Shown: positions 52,613 to 64,000 of the stretch, one piece after another | How the letters are laid out: the number at the start of each line of letters is the position of its first letter | Numbering within the stretch: position 1 is the first letter of the stretch | Assembly (NCBI GenBank): GCA_023213395.1 | Contig: CM041465.1 | Coordinates: 119,729,741 to 119,793,740 of the forward strand | Source: Cycas panzhihuaensis | Lineage: Eukaryota; Plantae; Cycadophyta | Length of the DNA stretch: 64,000 nucleotides | Direction: 5' to 3' | Notes under the pieces: generated by a model | The model's database searches: none | What the model saw: only the letters and a program-made list of their open reading frames with translations | What the model was told of the DNA's origin: nothing | Program-made: the position numbers and the translations under genes

Positions 52613-55600
52613 TGTTAGAATACAATGTCTAATCCTTTGTATATTAATGTATTATATCTAACCGTCAACTTGTAATATTTAATGTTAAGTGATGTAAACA
52701 TTTTATGTTAGTCAATCTAAAACCCTAATGGGTTATTAGACATCTCGTGTATAAATATGTAATCTATCTCCCATAATGCTCAAGAGAGTTCATTATTTTT
52801 TCTTACATAGAGCTCTGATATGTCTGGCTTCTCTGATCCAGCATGGTATCAGAGCCATTTTAGGATTTCAACTAGTCAGCAGGAGGATTTCCGTACGATT
52901 GTATGGAGAGGTCTGTACACATGTACGACCGAAAATTTTGTGTCTCAGATCTTGATGAAATTTCACTCGAAGGGGCGCCTCGACCTACTTGTCCTTTTTC
53001 TCTAAAGGAGCAAACCCTAATTCAATTATTTTGATGCCCTAAAAGCTCCTCAAACTCGCACGGCCGCCATTGGAGTATTTTGCTCATTTCTTGTTGTACA
53101 GACATCTATACAGTGAAAATCAGGTATCAAAAGAAAGCTCTTGACATAAGCTTTCTGTTGATATATGACTCGGGGGCTATCACTTTCAGATTTGAAAGTT
53201 ATCAACAACAACGTGAAGAAAACGTAGCCACCACTCTAAGATTCGACTAGCATTTCCTCCTCACTGTGGTGTCCATTCAAAAATCTAGTTGCAGACCTGG
53301 AATCTACTTATTGAGGTCGTTCTTTTGACATCATTTTCGAAGGTTTTCATGAAAGTCGATTTTTTGACTTATTTGGTGACCCGTACTGCCATTCGTATGG
53401 CTGCCGACAGTAGAAATTTGACCCAGGAAAGTACCTTAAATCTTCTCTACTATATTTTCTTGTTCTTGGTTGAATATTCTAGTCTACTTTATTTTATTTT
53501 AAAAAAAAAGGGGGATATATTTGTGTTTGCCTCCATTTCTAGTGTCTTCCTATGGGTAGATAACACTGATTGGCAGCTACCTATTCCCAGCCGTAGAGAC
53601 CCTGTTCGGGGGTCTATAACAATCGTGGCGGATCTATCATTCTTGGCTAAGCACGTTGGGAGTTTGGAACCAATGTGTGAAGTGAGGGGAATCGAAAGGA
53701 CTCAATACCCAGGCCTCAGACAGAACCTGCTCATAGATTTGAGCCTTCACATACCGAAAGGTACATAGGAAAACTCTATAGGACCTTGAGCCCATCCTAG
53801 AGTAGGGAGCCAGACCGACTGTTGAAGCCTCGTAGTGCAATGGTTAGCGGTTAGTGCCACAAAATTACATGTCTCAAATCTCCCTTGGAGGTTTATAGAC
53901 AGTCCTATGAGTCCAAGTAATCCCGTGTCTAGACTTGATAAAATTATTCACCTCATCATGGCCTCCTCTCTTCAACTTTCCAAGTCTAAAAAACTTTCTG
54001 GTGACAACTATGAATCATGGAAGATCCAAATAAGATTTATACTAATGGATCAGGGTGCTTGGAACTAGACGAAAAGCGTCAAACCTGAACATGCAGACGC
54101 TATTGAAAAGAAGGTGTACCTGGAATAAAAAGGCCTTACACTTGCCTCCATAATTTGTCAGTTGTAGACTCCATCCTGCCTCACATAGCCAACGCCACTA
54201 CTCCTCACAAGGCCTGGACCACATTGAAGACATTGTATCCCCAGAAAAATATTGCACGTGTCACGGCTCTCAAAAACCAACTGGCTACACTACGAATGTC
54301 TAAATCAGAAGACTTTACCTCATTACTTGGATGATTCAAGCCACTTCATGAGAACCTGGTGTCAGTTGGAGTGAATTATTTAGATGGCGACCTCATTGAT
54401 CTTATTATACACAAACTTCCTGCCTAGTTCCAGAACTTTGTCACATCTTATAAGTTGACGGCAGAAATTGCGTAGCCCTCCTTCACTACTATTTGTGGTC
54501 AACTTCTACATCATGAGCAAACTGAAACCAACCTCAAAATTAAATTAGAGAATGCATTCTCATCTAGAGTGAATATTCGAGGTAGGGGCACCACCAACAA
54601 AGGAAATTTTCATGGATCGAACTTAGGGAGAAGACGACCCACAAACTATATATATGGTAGAGGACGATCTTCTCCTCGCTCCACTCTCATACAATACTCG
54701 AGAGGATGACTTGGTTACCAAATCATTTGTTATTATTGTGGAAAAGCTAGTCATTATACCATTGACTGTCGTCACCACAAGGCTGATATGGAAAGGGGGA
54801 TAATAGCTTCCAGTAGCCACTCAGGACAACCCGACAAAAAGGAATCAATTGAGAAAAGGAAGAAGAGACCGCATTTGTAACAACACTTTCCTCAACAATA
54901 CAAAATAAAAGTCATGATGTTTGATTCATAGACTCTGGAGCTTCTAGGCACATGATCCACAAGTAAACTTTGTTTAACAACATGAGTCCTTCTCAAAATT
55001 GTGGTTCAGTCGAGCCTGGGGCCGACACCACTCATCCAATACAAGGACACAGAATAGTTCCTATTACCATGGTAGATGGAAACACAGAAAAAGTTGGTCG
55101 TGTGCTTTATGTACCAGGGATGACAAAAAACTTGTTATTTGTTTCTCAGTTGACTGACAACAAGCTCTAAGTTCTATTTGATGGTGATGGATGTGTCATT
55201 TTTGATAAATACAAAAGGAACAAAGTAATTGGTGAGGGCATCAAAACCAATGGATTGTACAAATTTCTTGCCACACTAATTCACTATGCCCTTCATGTAA
55301 CTGAAAATGTTGATAATGAAAAACTTTGGCATTTGCGCTATGGTCATTTGTCCTATGATGCTTTATCCTTATTAAGAAAACATGATATGGTATATGGTCT
55401 CTCGTGGATTGAAAAATCTAGCTCTATTTGCAACACATGCATGATGGGTAAACAACATAAACTACAATTTTCTGCCAACACCACCAGAGCACACTGCAAA
55501 TTGTAACTAATTCATAGTGATCTTTGTGGCCCATTTACTCCTCCATCAGTGCAAGGGGCGCGTTATTATTTGTCTTTCATAAATGATTGGAGACCATAAA

Positions 55601-58311
55601 GATCTAGATTTATTTTCTCAAACTAAAATCCAGTGTATTTGACACCTTTCTTAACTTCAAATCCAAAGTTGAAAAAGAAAGCAAATGTAGTATCAAATGC
55701 CTGAGGACTAACAATGGTGGAGAATTCACCTCCAATGAATTCTCATAATACTGCAAGAAAAATGGTATACGAAGGCAATTTATAACTTCCCACACTTCGC
55801 AATCCAATGGAGTGGCTGAGAGGAAAAATAGGACCATAATAGAAATGACTCATTCCCTGTTGAAACAAAAAGGGGTAAGCAACAAATCTTGAAGCAAATA
55901 CAATACAACTGTATACCTTCTCAACAGAAGTCTAACTAAAGCACTAGAGAATGTCACTCTTGAGAAAGCATGGTTAGGACAAAAAATAGATGTTTTACAC
56001 CTTCGAGTCCTTAGATCAATCGTCTAAATGCACATTCCTACTAAAAAGAGAAAGAAATTAGATGATAAAAATAGGAGATGCATTCTTATGGGATATAGTG
56101 AGGTATCCAAAGCATATCAATGCCTAGATCCTCTAACCAACAAAATCTATCCGAGTAGGGATATGCACTTTGATGAATCATCTGATGAAGGCCAAGTTGA
56201 TAGGACAATTGTCCCTACTCAATCAAATGACATCATTTTATCAAGTTGGACTTAATCTCACTCTGAGGTACATCAAAGTGAACACCAAGGAACAGAAAAT
56301 ACGCCTCCACCTACCATCACTACAAGTGTTTCTGATGAAGCTACAAATCGAGGATTTCATTCATCTGAACAGAATGAGGTTGTCAACAACTCGATTCAAT
56401 CTCAAAACACCACACAAAAGACAGTGCCAAAATGGTACCTGAAAATAGTGGAGGAATTTGGAGTAAATCTAGGTCTCATTCAAGAAGGGAAAAGAACTAG
56501 AAGTCAAACTCATCTCAGGTTCTCTCCTCAACATGATATCTCATATCAGCAAGCCCAAAATGATCCCCGTTGAAAAGAAGCAATGAATGAAGAAATGGAA
56601 TCAATCCACAGTAATAGAACCTGGGATCTTACTATGTTGCCTCAGGGAAAACCCATCATTGGATGCAGATGGTTGTATAAAATCAAAGAGAAATCTAATG
56701 GTTCAATTGAAAAATACAAGGCCTGACTTGTTGCAAAGGGCTACTCTCAAACTCAAGGAATAGATTATGATGAAACATTTGCTCCTGTCAGTAAAATAAC
56801 AATACTTAGGATAGTGATTGCCTAAGTTGCATAAAATAATTGGCCAGTGTATTAAATGGATGTCAAAGAAGCCTTTCTCAATGGAGATCTTCATGAGGAA
56901 GTATACATGGAGCATCCACCAAGATATGTCACAGAAGGACAGGAGAATCTTGTCTTCAAACTCAATAAAGATCTTCATGGACTAAAGCAGGCTCCTAGAG
57001 CATGGTATACAAAGATGGACTCGTACCTACAAAGCCTTGGAATGAAACGATCAAAAGCTAACTATGGGCTTTAAATTCACGTTGACAAAAATCATCGAGT
57101 CACCATTCTTGTATTGTATATAGATGCTCTGATTCTCACTGGGAGCAACACCAACTGGATCAACTCATTGCGACTTCAATTATAAAAAACCTTCAAAATG
57201 ACAGACCTAAGTGAAATTCACTACTACCTGGGGATAGAAATTCATAAGTTCAAGAGTGGTATCTTCATACATCAAAGCAAGTATACGACACAAATACTAA
57301 AAGACTTTAGTATGACGGACTGCAAACCATCTTTCACATCCATGTGCTCTGGAACCAAACTCGTTGTTGATCTAGATGGGAAGCCAATAAATGAGACCCT
57401 TTACAAGAAACTAGTCAGAAATCTCATATATCTTACTTCAACCAGACTAAACATTACGTTCGTAATGGGACTAATCTCAAGGTACATGTCTGCCCCGAAG
57501 GTATCTCATTAGAAGGAAACCAAGCATATTCTTTGATACCTGCAAGGAACAAAGGCTTATGACATTTACTACAGGAATCAAGGATCAAATTAGTTAACCA
57601 GGTACACAGACTCAAACTAGGCAGGAGACATTGATAGTCAAAAACCCATCTCTGGATATTGTTTCAACCTGAGAAATGGCATTGTGTCTTGGAGAACCAA
57701 GAAATAGTCCATCGTATCTTTATCTACATCTGAAGCAGAATACCAGGCAACAGTTCAATCCTCCTGTGAGGCCATCTGGCTAAGATGTCTTTTGGATAAA
57801 CTACAGTTTTCTCAAAATGTGGCAACCATAATCAACTATGACAATCAAAGCACCATTCAAATGATGAAGAACCTGGTTTTCCATGCCTGAACAAAACATG
57901 TTAAAGTCCATCATCACTTCATCCGAGAGAAAATAAACTGAGGGGAAGTCAAATTAACCTATTGTCCAAGTTCAGAACAATTAGCTGACATCTTCACAAA
58001 ACCTCTCCCCAAGGAGAAATTCCTGTAACCTCAGAGATAAGATCGACATGAAGGCAAAGGATATGACATTAAGAGGGGACGATAGAATATAATGTCTAAT
58101 CCTTTATATATTAATATATTATATCTAATCGTCAGCTTATAATATTTAATGTTAAGTAATGTAAATATTCTATGTTAGTCAGTCTAAAACCCTAATGGGT
58201 TATTAGATATCTCATGTATAAATATGTAGTCTATCTCTCATAATGCTCAAGAGAGTTCATTATTTTTTTTTTACATAGAGCTCTGATATGTCTAGATTCC
58301 CTAATCCAACA
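52613..58311 (+). mobile_element. Copia B: structurally complete but decayed Ty1/copia inserted in the N2 3' LTR
   Basis: LTRs 52613-52843 and 58080-58311 (about 22 differences in 231 bp by hand count, mostly transitions); PBS TGGTATCAGAGC; PPT AAGAGGGGA; TSD ATCTT/ACCTT; gag ATG at 53958; [26 protein letters not shown]. Confidence 0.93.
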
Positions 58312-59389
58312 ACCTTTATATGTAGTGCCTAATTGGTAGGTGAAGCGGTTGCCAATAATGGTTGGAGGAGTTAAAGGTATATACAAGTATAAATATGTAC
58401 TCATCTCTTTTCAATTGAATTAATACAAAAGATTTGATATCCATGTTTTAACATAGTAGCTTATTAATGGTAAGATGTACGAGTGTAACATCGTCTTTGC
58501 CATGGGTAATGGTTGTGGTTGTCTTTTTCTTTCATGACTGTTTCAATACAATTACTAAGCTCAATATTGATTGACTGTAAGCAAGATAGAAAATCATTAA
58601 CTTTTAAAAAATCTTTCTATTTCAAATCATACAATTTCTGTTTTAAAAAGGCTACTTGAGTGGTACTACCTTTTCATATTTGTTTTTAAGTTTAGTCCAA
58701 ACAATGGCAAGTTCATCTATGTCAATGAATTGTTGTCTGATATTATGAGAAAGGGAAAGAGGTGAAGATGGTGCCTAAGGCTCCTTCAGAGTTCATTAGA
58801 TACACCACATAGATATTTGAGGTTTTGCCTATAACTGGTTGAAATTCTCTGGTAACATATCTCCATAGCTTTTGTTGTTTAAGTTGATAAGACGCTTTCA
58901 GTTTCCAGTTCGTATAATTTTGGCTGACTAAAACTAAAATTTTATTATATAGTGTCGTCTTTGACATGAGAGTCATTTTGAGAAAGAGGTCCACTTAGAT
59001 AGAAATCCTCTCGTTTATATTTTAAGAAAATAATTCAAGTAGTTAAATAAACAAGAAGAAAATTTTCAATCACATACCAAACTCTTGAATTATTGAGAAA
59101 TAGAAATGTATATTAAATATAAAACAGGTTTATTATTGGATATATTGTGCTTAAAAAAAAAGAAGAAATGTTTTCATGATAACATACTTTAGAAATAATG
59201 AATCATAAGAATTGTGTTATATAATAGAAATGTCTTATGGGGTAAGTATGAAATAAGCAATTCTTGATGAAATTTAATTTGATATATATATGAAATCATT
59301 AACAATAACTACTATCTCATGCTTATAGTGTCAAATCATTGCCATTGTTTTGTAAATTATAAAAAAAAAAATAACATTGATAAATATAT

Positions 59390-59393
59390 ATAA

Positions 59394-59438
<45 letters not shown>
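59390..59438. repeat. (TA)n-rich microsatellite
   Basis: Directly visible. Confidence 0.85.
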
Positions 59439-59442
<4 letters not shown>

Positions 59443-60269
59443 GTTCAAAAAAGTAAAGAGGTTGTCTTAAAAAAAAAAGACGTAAGATTATAATAAATTT
59501 ATAACAAAAAGCCCAAGTATAAAAAGGGGTATTATGTTAATAAGACTTAAACATTAAATATTAAATATATTAAAGGTTAAGAGTTCAAATATTAAGCATT
59601 ATATATATATTAAAGGTCATATACATAAAGGATTATATATTAAACATAATATACTAAAGTTATTATATATTAAAGTTTGAACATTAAACATTGTGCTTCT
59701 ACCTATTACACACATTGATAGGTAGGCATAAGAGAAACAATGATTATCTTAATATAACTCTATCCATGATAGATTTGAGAAACATACACAGAGCTATTAA
59801 TTGAGCAAAACCATAGTCATTTCATTGTGATGGGTTGCATCTGATTCTCTTACAACTAGATGCGAACCTAGAGTAGTACACATAACTCTTACAAATATAA
59901 TACACAACACGTTTTCATTACAAATACATAGGCGTGTGGTGCTCTATATTCTATGATCACCCACACACACTCACGCGCATCCAAGAAATTCTTTCGTATT
60001 TATTCATTTTCTATATCCTGGAAATAACTACAATTCTATGGTTGTTTGCAACTACTTCTGACCCAAAATATTAACTTCTGATTGTTAACTACTCTAAATG
60101 TGACCACTTCTCCTTTTCATTATAACTATCTAGTTGCAACCAACCTCTATTAGTGGTTATAATCTCTCAGCACATATCTCTCCCATCACTATTCTTACGA
60201 GTGCCCCCACTCGTGATCAATTCAAAATTTCAAAAGAAATTTTACAATATACTCCTTTCCCCCCTTAAA

Positions 60270-62038
60270 TTTTTTTTCTAATAATTCCACTCTTTCCTGA
60301 TATTTGCCATTGCTTGGCAGACTTTCTGAGGATCAGGTTGGTATACTGTGCAGGGTGGATTAATTCCTTACTTCCTATAGTGATCATAAAGAATCCCCAC
60401 ATTGCGCAACACCTACAACTAAGCCATTGTGGGTTTCTCTCTTGAGTGCAACTACTCAATTTCTTCTTCTAGTTTTTTGTTTCTTAGCTCTGTAGAGGGC
60501 AAATCTCTTCGTAATGAATAAATCATTGACCGAAAATTATTTGCATGTGTAGTATCCTCTCATATCTGATGTATCCACCCCCCCAACCCGTATATAACTC
60601 TCTTTAGTCCTAATGGAATTTGTTTATCAAACATACCTTCAAAAATTTTTACTAAATGCTCTACCCTGGATATGTCACGTGTCCAATGCATAATGAACTT
60701 AATTAAAAATTCTAGCTTGGCTTCACAAGAGCCAATTGATCATCTGCCTTCTAAATTCGCTACAAATTAGGAGGTGGTCATTTGTTCCTAGCTTCCAATT
60801 CATTCACTAATTGTCGGATTACTTTAGCTAAAAATGAGGTTTTCCAATGTGCCACATTATGTGGTTAGCATTCCATCAGATCAATTTCTTCCATCAAAAA
60901 TTCATCTTCAATGAAATCAAAATCTACCTTAGTTGGCTGACTTTTCTGAATTTTTATTATTTCTTATTTCCTCTTTTCTACCACAAGTTTCCTTTTCTTT
61001 TTCCTTTCCTCCTCTATATTCACAGGCTTATCTGGTTGTTGTTCTTGTTGGGATTCCTCCTCTAGGATTTCCTGCTTAACTATCACCCCATCTTCTCCTT
61101 TCTGTTTCCCACTTCTGATTTCTTCTCTTTCTTCCCAACTTCCTCATTGGTCTTCTTCTGCTTGTTGTGTTTATTCCTCGGTTGGTGAGGTCGCCTCTTC
61201 TTACTGCCCTTCATTATGATCTCCTTTCCGTAATGTGGTTAGGGGTTATTTACCTTACTTTTATGCAAAAACCACTGTTCTACCTTTTCTTAGATTTGTG
61301 TCAACCAGCCATTTTCTTGCTTTTTGAAATGTTCTATCCCACCAGTTAGCGTTGATTGCCCTTGTTCAGCTTGAGGTAGGTCCAGACCTGGACATTATGA
61401 ATACAACAATCCTTGAAACAAGGTATGATGGTAAAATACTATAGATTGAGTACTAACTTTGATATTATTCAATTTTTTTGAAAGCTTACTAGATAAAAAG
61501 GAAGCCCAATTAAACTTCTCTCCATGTGCCACTCTAAGGGGTATAGATCTCATCTCTGTTGGTACATACAAATTCTTTTGACTCAAGATAACTCGAGTGA
61601 AAAGAAAATGAGTCACCCACTGTTTATGCTCTTCTATAATACCCGCAATTCATATTCTAGAAGTAGAGATATCTGATACCTTAGCGCCTAGTTGGTTTGC
61701 CATTTGTTCTCACGAAATTCTTTTGTCCTTAGGCACCTCTTCACCTAAATCGAGTAGGCCTAAAATCTATGCAATAGCTTTGGCAGAGGTGTCTAATAAA
61801 TCGGGTTAATGCGGTATCAAATAAACCATTGATGACATAAAGCTAGATGCTACTGAAAATAATCTTGTTTGCATGTACTAAGCAAGTCTTGCTTTTGTAA
61901 AATTTACTTTCTTTCGTATTTGTTTGACATTGTCTTCCATTCTGCTCTAATTTGCTCGTCATCTGTCTCTCGAAAATTGATATGAATATCCAAGGTGCTC
62001 TTCATCTCTGGTCTCCCACTGCTATGTTCGATGCTCAT
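60270..62038 (-). pseudogene. G3 extra ORF (decayed), related to the G1 and G2 extra ORFs
   Basis: MSIEHSSGRPEM...AIA*ILGLLDLGE...QWVTHFLF...YVPTEM...FNWASFL, then a low-complexity charged region. Confidence 0.65.
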
Positions 62039-62666
62039 TCTGTTTTTTAGTTTGCATTGCAAATTTCCTAATTAACTATGTTGTATTCAGTATCTCCTGC
62101 AAACTGCTATCATTCAAAATATGGGTTGTAATATCTGAGATACAACTAGGTCACATCGTTATTACCTACTGCCATGCATGACGACCACTTGTCACAACTA
62201 ACTCCGCCGTCACTACCCCCACTATGTTTTGTTATGACTTTTTAAATTTTGTCATTATTATTTAATACTTAAATCATATTGTTTTGCGTTTGTATCTTAC
62301 CGATGTGATTGCTTGATGGTAATTACAATCGTCTTGATATCTTCCAATTAACTCCCTTAGTTGAAAAACATTTATCATTCCTTTCCTTTAACCCGAGATG
62401 GATCACAAATTTCGTACATTGATTCTTTACTTCTTCTATTATTACATCATTCGCTTTGCAAATATAGCCTCCCCCTTTGTTTTGAAATTACCCTTTCTGT
62501 TGTCGATACTAGCCTTTCGATCCAAGTGATACTTTCCTCCGATTACGACTATTTCTCTTTTTTGGCTTAGGTTGTTTCCTCAATTTTCATTCTTGAGTTG
62601 TAACTTTCTATTATTCAATAGCAATATGTATGCCAAATTTACAATTTTACAAATTTCTCTCATAAT

Positions 62667-63545
62667 GTTACAACCATCTACCTTCTTAATGGCAATTGCC
62701 TACATCCAAGTTGTTACCATTACTTCCCAATTTACGGCTTCATCTTATTGGTTATAACTGTCTATTTTTAGGTGACAATCGCTTGTGTTTCTAGTTACAA
62801 CTTTCAATCTTCTTGGTTGCAACCAACTGCTTGCCCAATTGCAATCTTTAGTCTTCTTAGTTACAACCGTCAACATCCCAGGTAACAACCCTTCTGTTCG
62901 TTATATCCTTAGTTGCAACTAACAGTGTCCCAAGTTGCAACCTTCGCTCTTCTTGGTTGCAACCTTTAGTTATCTTAGTTGCAACCACCTACATCCTAGG
63001 TTGCAACTTTCATTCTCCTTGGTTGCAACCTACTGTGTCCTTGTTGCAACCTTCAGTCTTCTTGATTGCAACCAACTGCATTCTAGTTGCAACTATCTAT
63101 GTTCCAAGTTGTAACCAACTGTGTCCTAGGTTATAACCTTCAATCTCTTTGGTTGCAACCAACTATACCCTAATTATAACTTTCAATCTTCTTGATTGTA
63201 ACCAACTGCGTCCTAGGTTGCAACCTTAGATCTTCTTAGTTGCAACAAACTACATCTGAGGGTACAACCACTTTATCATCATCACGTCTTTAGTTGCAAC
63301 CTTTTGTGTCCCGAGTTGTCCTGGGTTATGACTGCTTATTACAATCATACCCTTAGTTGCAACATTTTGTGTCCTAGGTTGCAACTGCTTATCATAGTCA
63401 CATTGCTTATTGCAACCTTTTGTGTTCTAGGTTGCAACCACTTGTCATAATCACATCCTCAGTTGCAGCCTTCTGTGTCCCACATTACAATCACTTATCA
63501 TAGTCACGTTCTTGGTTACAACCTTTTGTGTCCCCAATTGCAACC
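62667..63545. repeat. Tandem array of palindromic (G)GTTGCAAC(C) motifs with ~22-bp period
   Basis: About 16 exact cores plus about 20 variants. Exact cores at 62912, 62934, 62956, 62978, 63000, 63022, 63043. Confidence 0.92.
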
Positions 63546-64000
63546 ACTTGCCATAATAATAAGATTTCCTTATATTTGAAATGATTGAGGAATATCCACC
63601 CCCATGGTTTGTGCCCATTTTTTTTTGTTTTCTATTTTTTTTCAACTTGTTATATATTGTTGCAGTCGACTTGCATTGACTATTTTCTTAAGCAACGTTC
63701 CATCAAGTTGTTGGAGTTGCACTACTCCATTATATCGAATATAATTTACCTTATATGGGTCGAGCGACCACAATTTCAATTTTTTCGGTTTTATGCAAAA
63801 TTTACTATCATATAGAAGTACTAAATCTCCTACTTGGAATTGCGAAACTTTGAAGTATTTATCATGACACATTTTACATTTTTGTTTTTCTGCTTTTAAT
63901 TCCTATAAAACCCTTGCTCATTTCTCGTCCATTTTCATTAATTCTATAAATTGTTAATATCACGAATCCTCTTCTAGTAGTCGTAGTTGTAAAGCTACCA

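Larger units (their letters stand above)
41133..58453 (+). mobile_element. N2: non-autonomous Copia-derived LTR element (~320-bp LTRs at 41133-41450 and 52444-52612 + 58317-58453) carrying two nested Copias
   Basis: Matching LTRs, PBS TGGTATCAGAGC at 41451, PPT AAGGGAAAG. Its internal part (~50360-52373) has a gag-N remnant and an RNaseH-like tail but no PR/INT/RT motifs. Confidence 0.8.
37104..59079 (-). mobile_element. Copia C: degenerate short-leader Ty1/copia; 3' LTR 37104-37454, pol/gag 37455-41132, gag N-terminus 58454-~58990
   Basis: LYGLKQAPRSWY, LYVDD, WILDSGSTHYM. Gag reads INKL|PKAF across the N2 insertion. PPT rc TAAAGAGGAA; degenerate PBS at 59070-59079. No matching 5' LTR recognised. 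Confidence 0.85.
59693..64000 (-). mobile_element. G3: 3' part of a non-chromovirus Ty3/gypsy (integrase end, repeat array, extra ORF, PPT, 3' LTR ~59693-60246)
   Basis: FQVGDLVLLYDS...KLKLWSLDPY...NGVVQLQQLDG...VNASRLQQY (63642-63872); PPT rc AAGGGGGGAAAGGAG (~60252-60266) before TGTAAA. The far LTR edge is uncertain. Confidence 0.8.

Noticed and set aside
53289-53768. 159-aa ORF in the Copia B leader
   Set aside because: Non-ATG start, no motifs, and it spans the structured non-coding block.
53541-53860. Hammerhead ribozyme or tRNA gene
   Set aside because: No CUGANGA core paired with GAAA in the right geometry, and no cloverleaf or T-loop consensus.
59545-59692. AT-rich TATATTAAAG short repeats
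   Set aside because: Low complexity and irregular period; no evidence of function.
62667-63545. CRISPR-like repeat/spacer appearance
   Set aside because: The repeat core is only 8-10 bp, spacers are ~12 bp and similar to each other, there are no cas genes, and the context is a eukaryotic retrotransposon.

Overview
Eukaryotic, plant-type intergenic heterochromatin. It is AT-rich and CpG-depleted, and the element types suggest a large-genome seed plant such as a gymnosperm (inference). I see no host gene, RNA gene or CRISPR array. Almost the whole window is nested retroelements. (i) Minus-strand non-chromovirus Ty3/gypsy G1 (2752-17724), interrupted by a chromovirus remnant and unclassified DNA. 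(ii) Copia fragments and small-LTR non-autonomous elements (18289-22352). (iii) Plus-strand sister gypsy G2 (~22353-37103), whose 5' LTR holds a young 5'-truncated L1 LINE with RNase H. Its 3' LTR holds a Copia solo LTR and a minus-strand Copia (37104-59079). That Copia contains a non-autonomous LTR element (41133-58453), which contains two more Copia elements. (iv) The 3' end of a third gypsy, G3 (minus, ~59693-64000). Most interesting signals: a homologous extra ORF after pol in all three non-chromovirus gypsies; in G3, an ~880-bp array of the GTTGCAAC palindrome at 22-bp phasing upstream of that ORF; dense hairpin blocks just before gag in two long-leader Copia elements; a second Gag-like domain between protease and RT in G2; a tRNA-Glu-type PBS. 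Coordinates were read by eye and may be off by a few bases. Identities are visual estimates.
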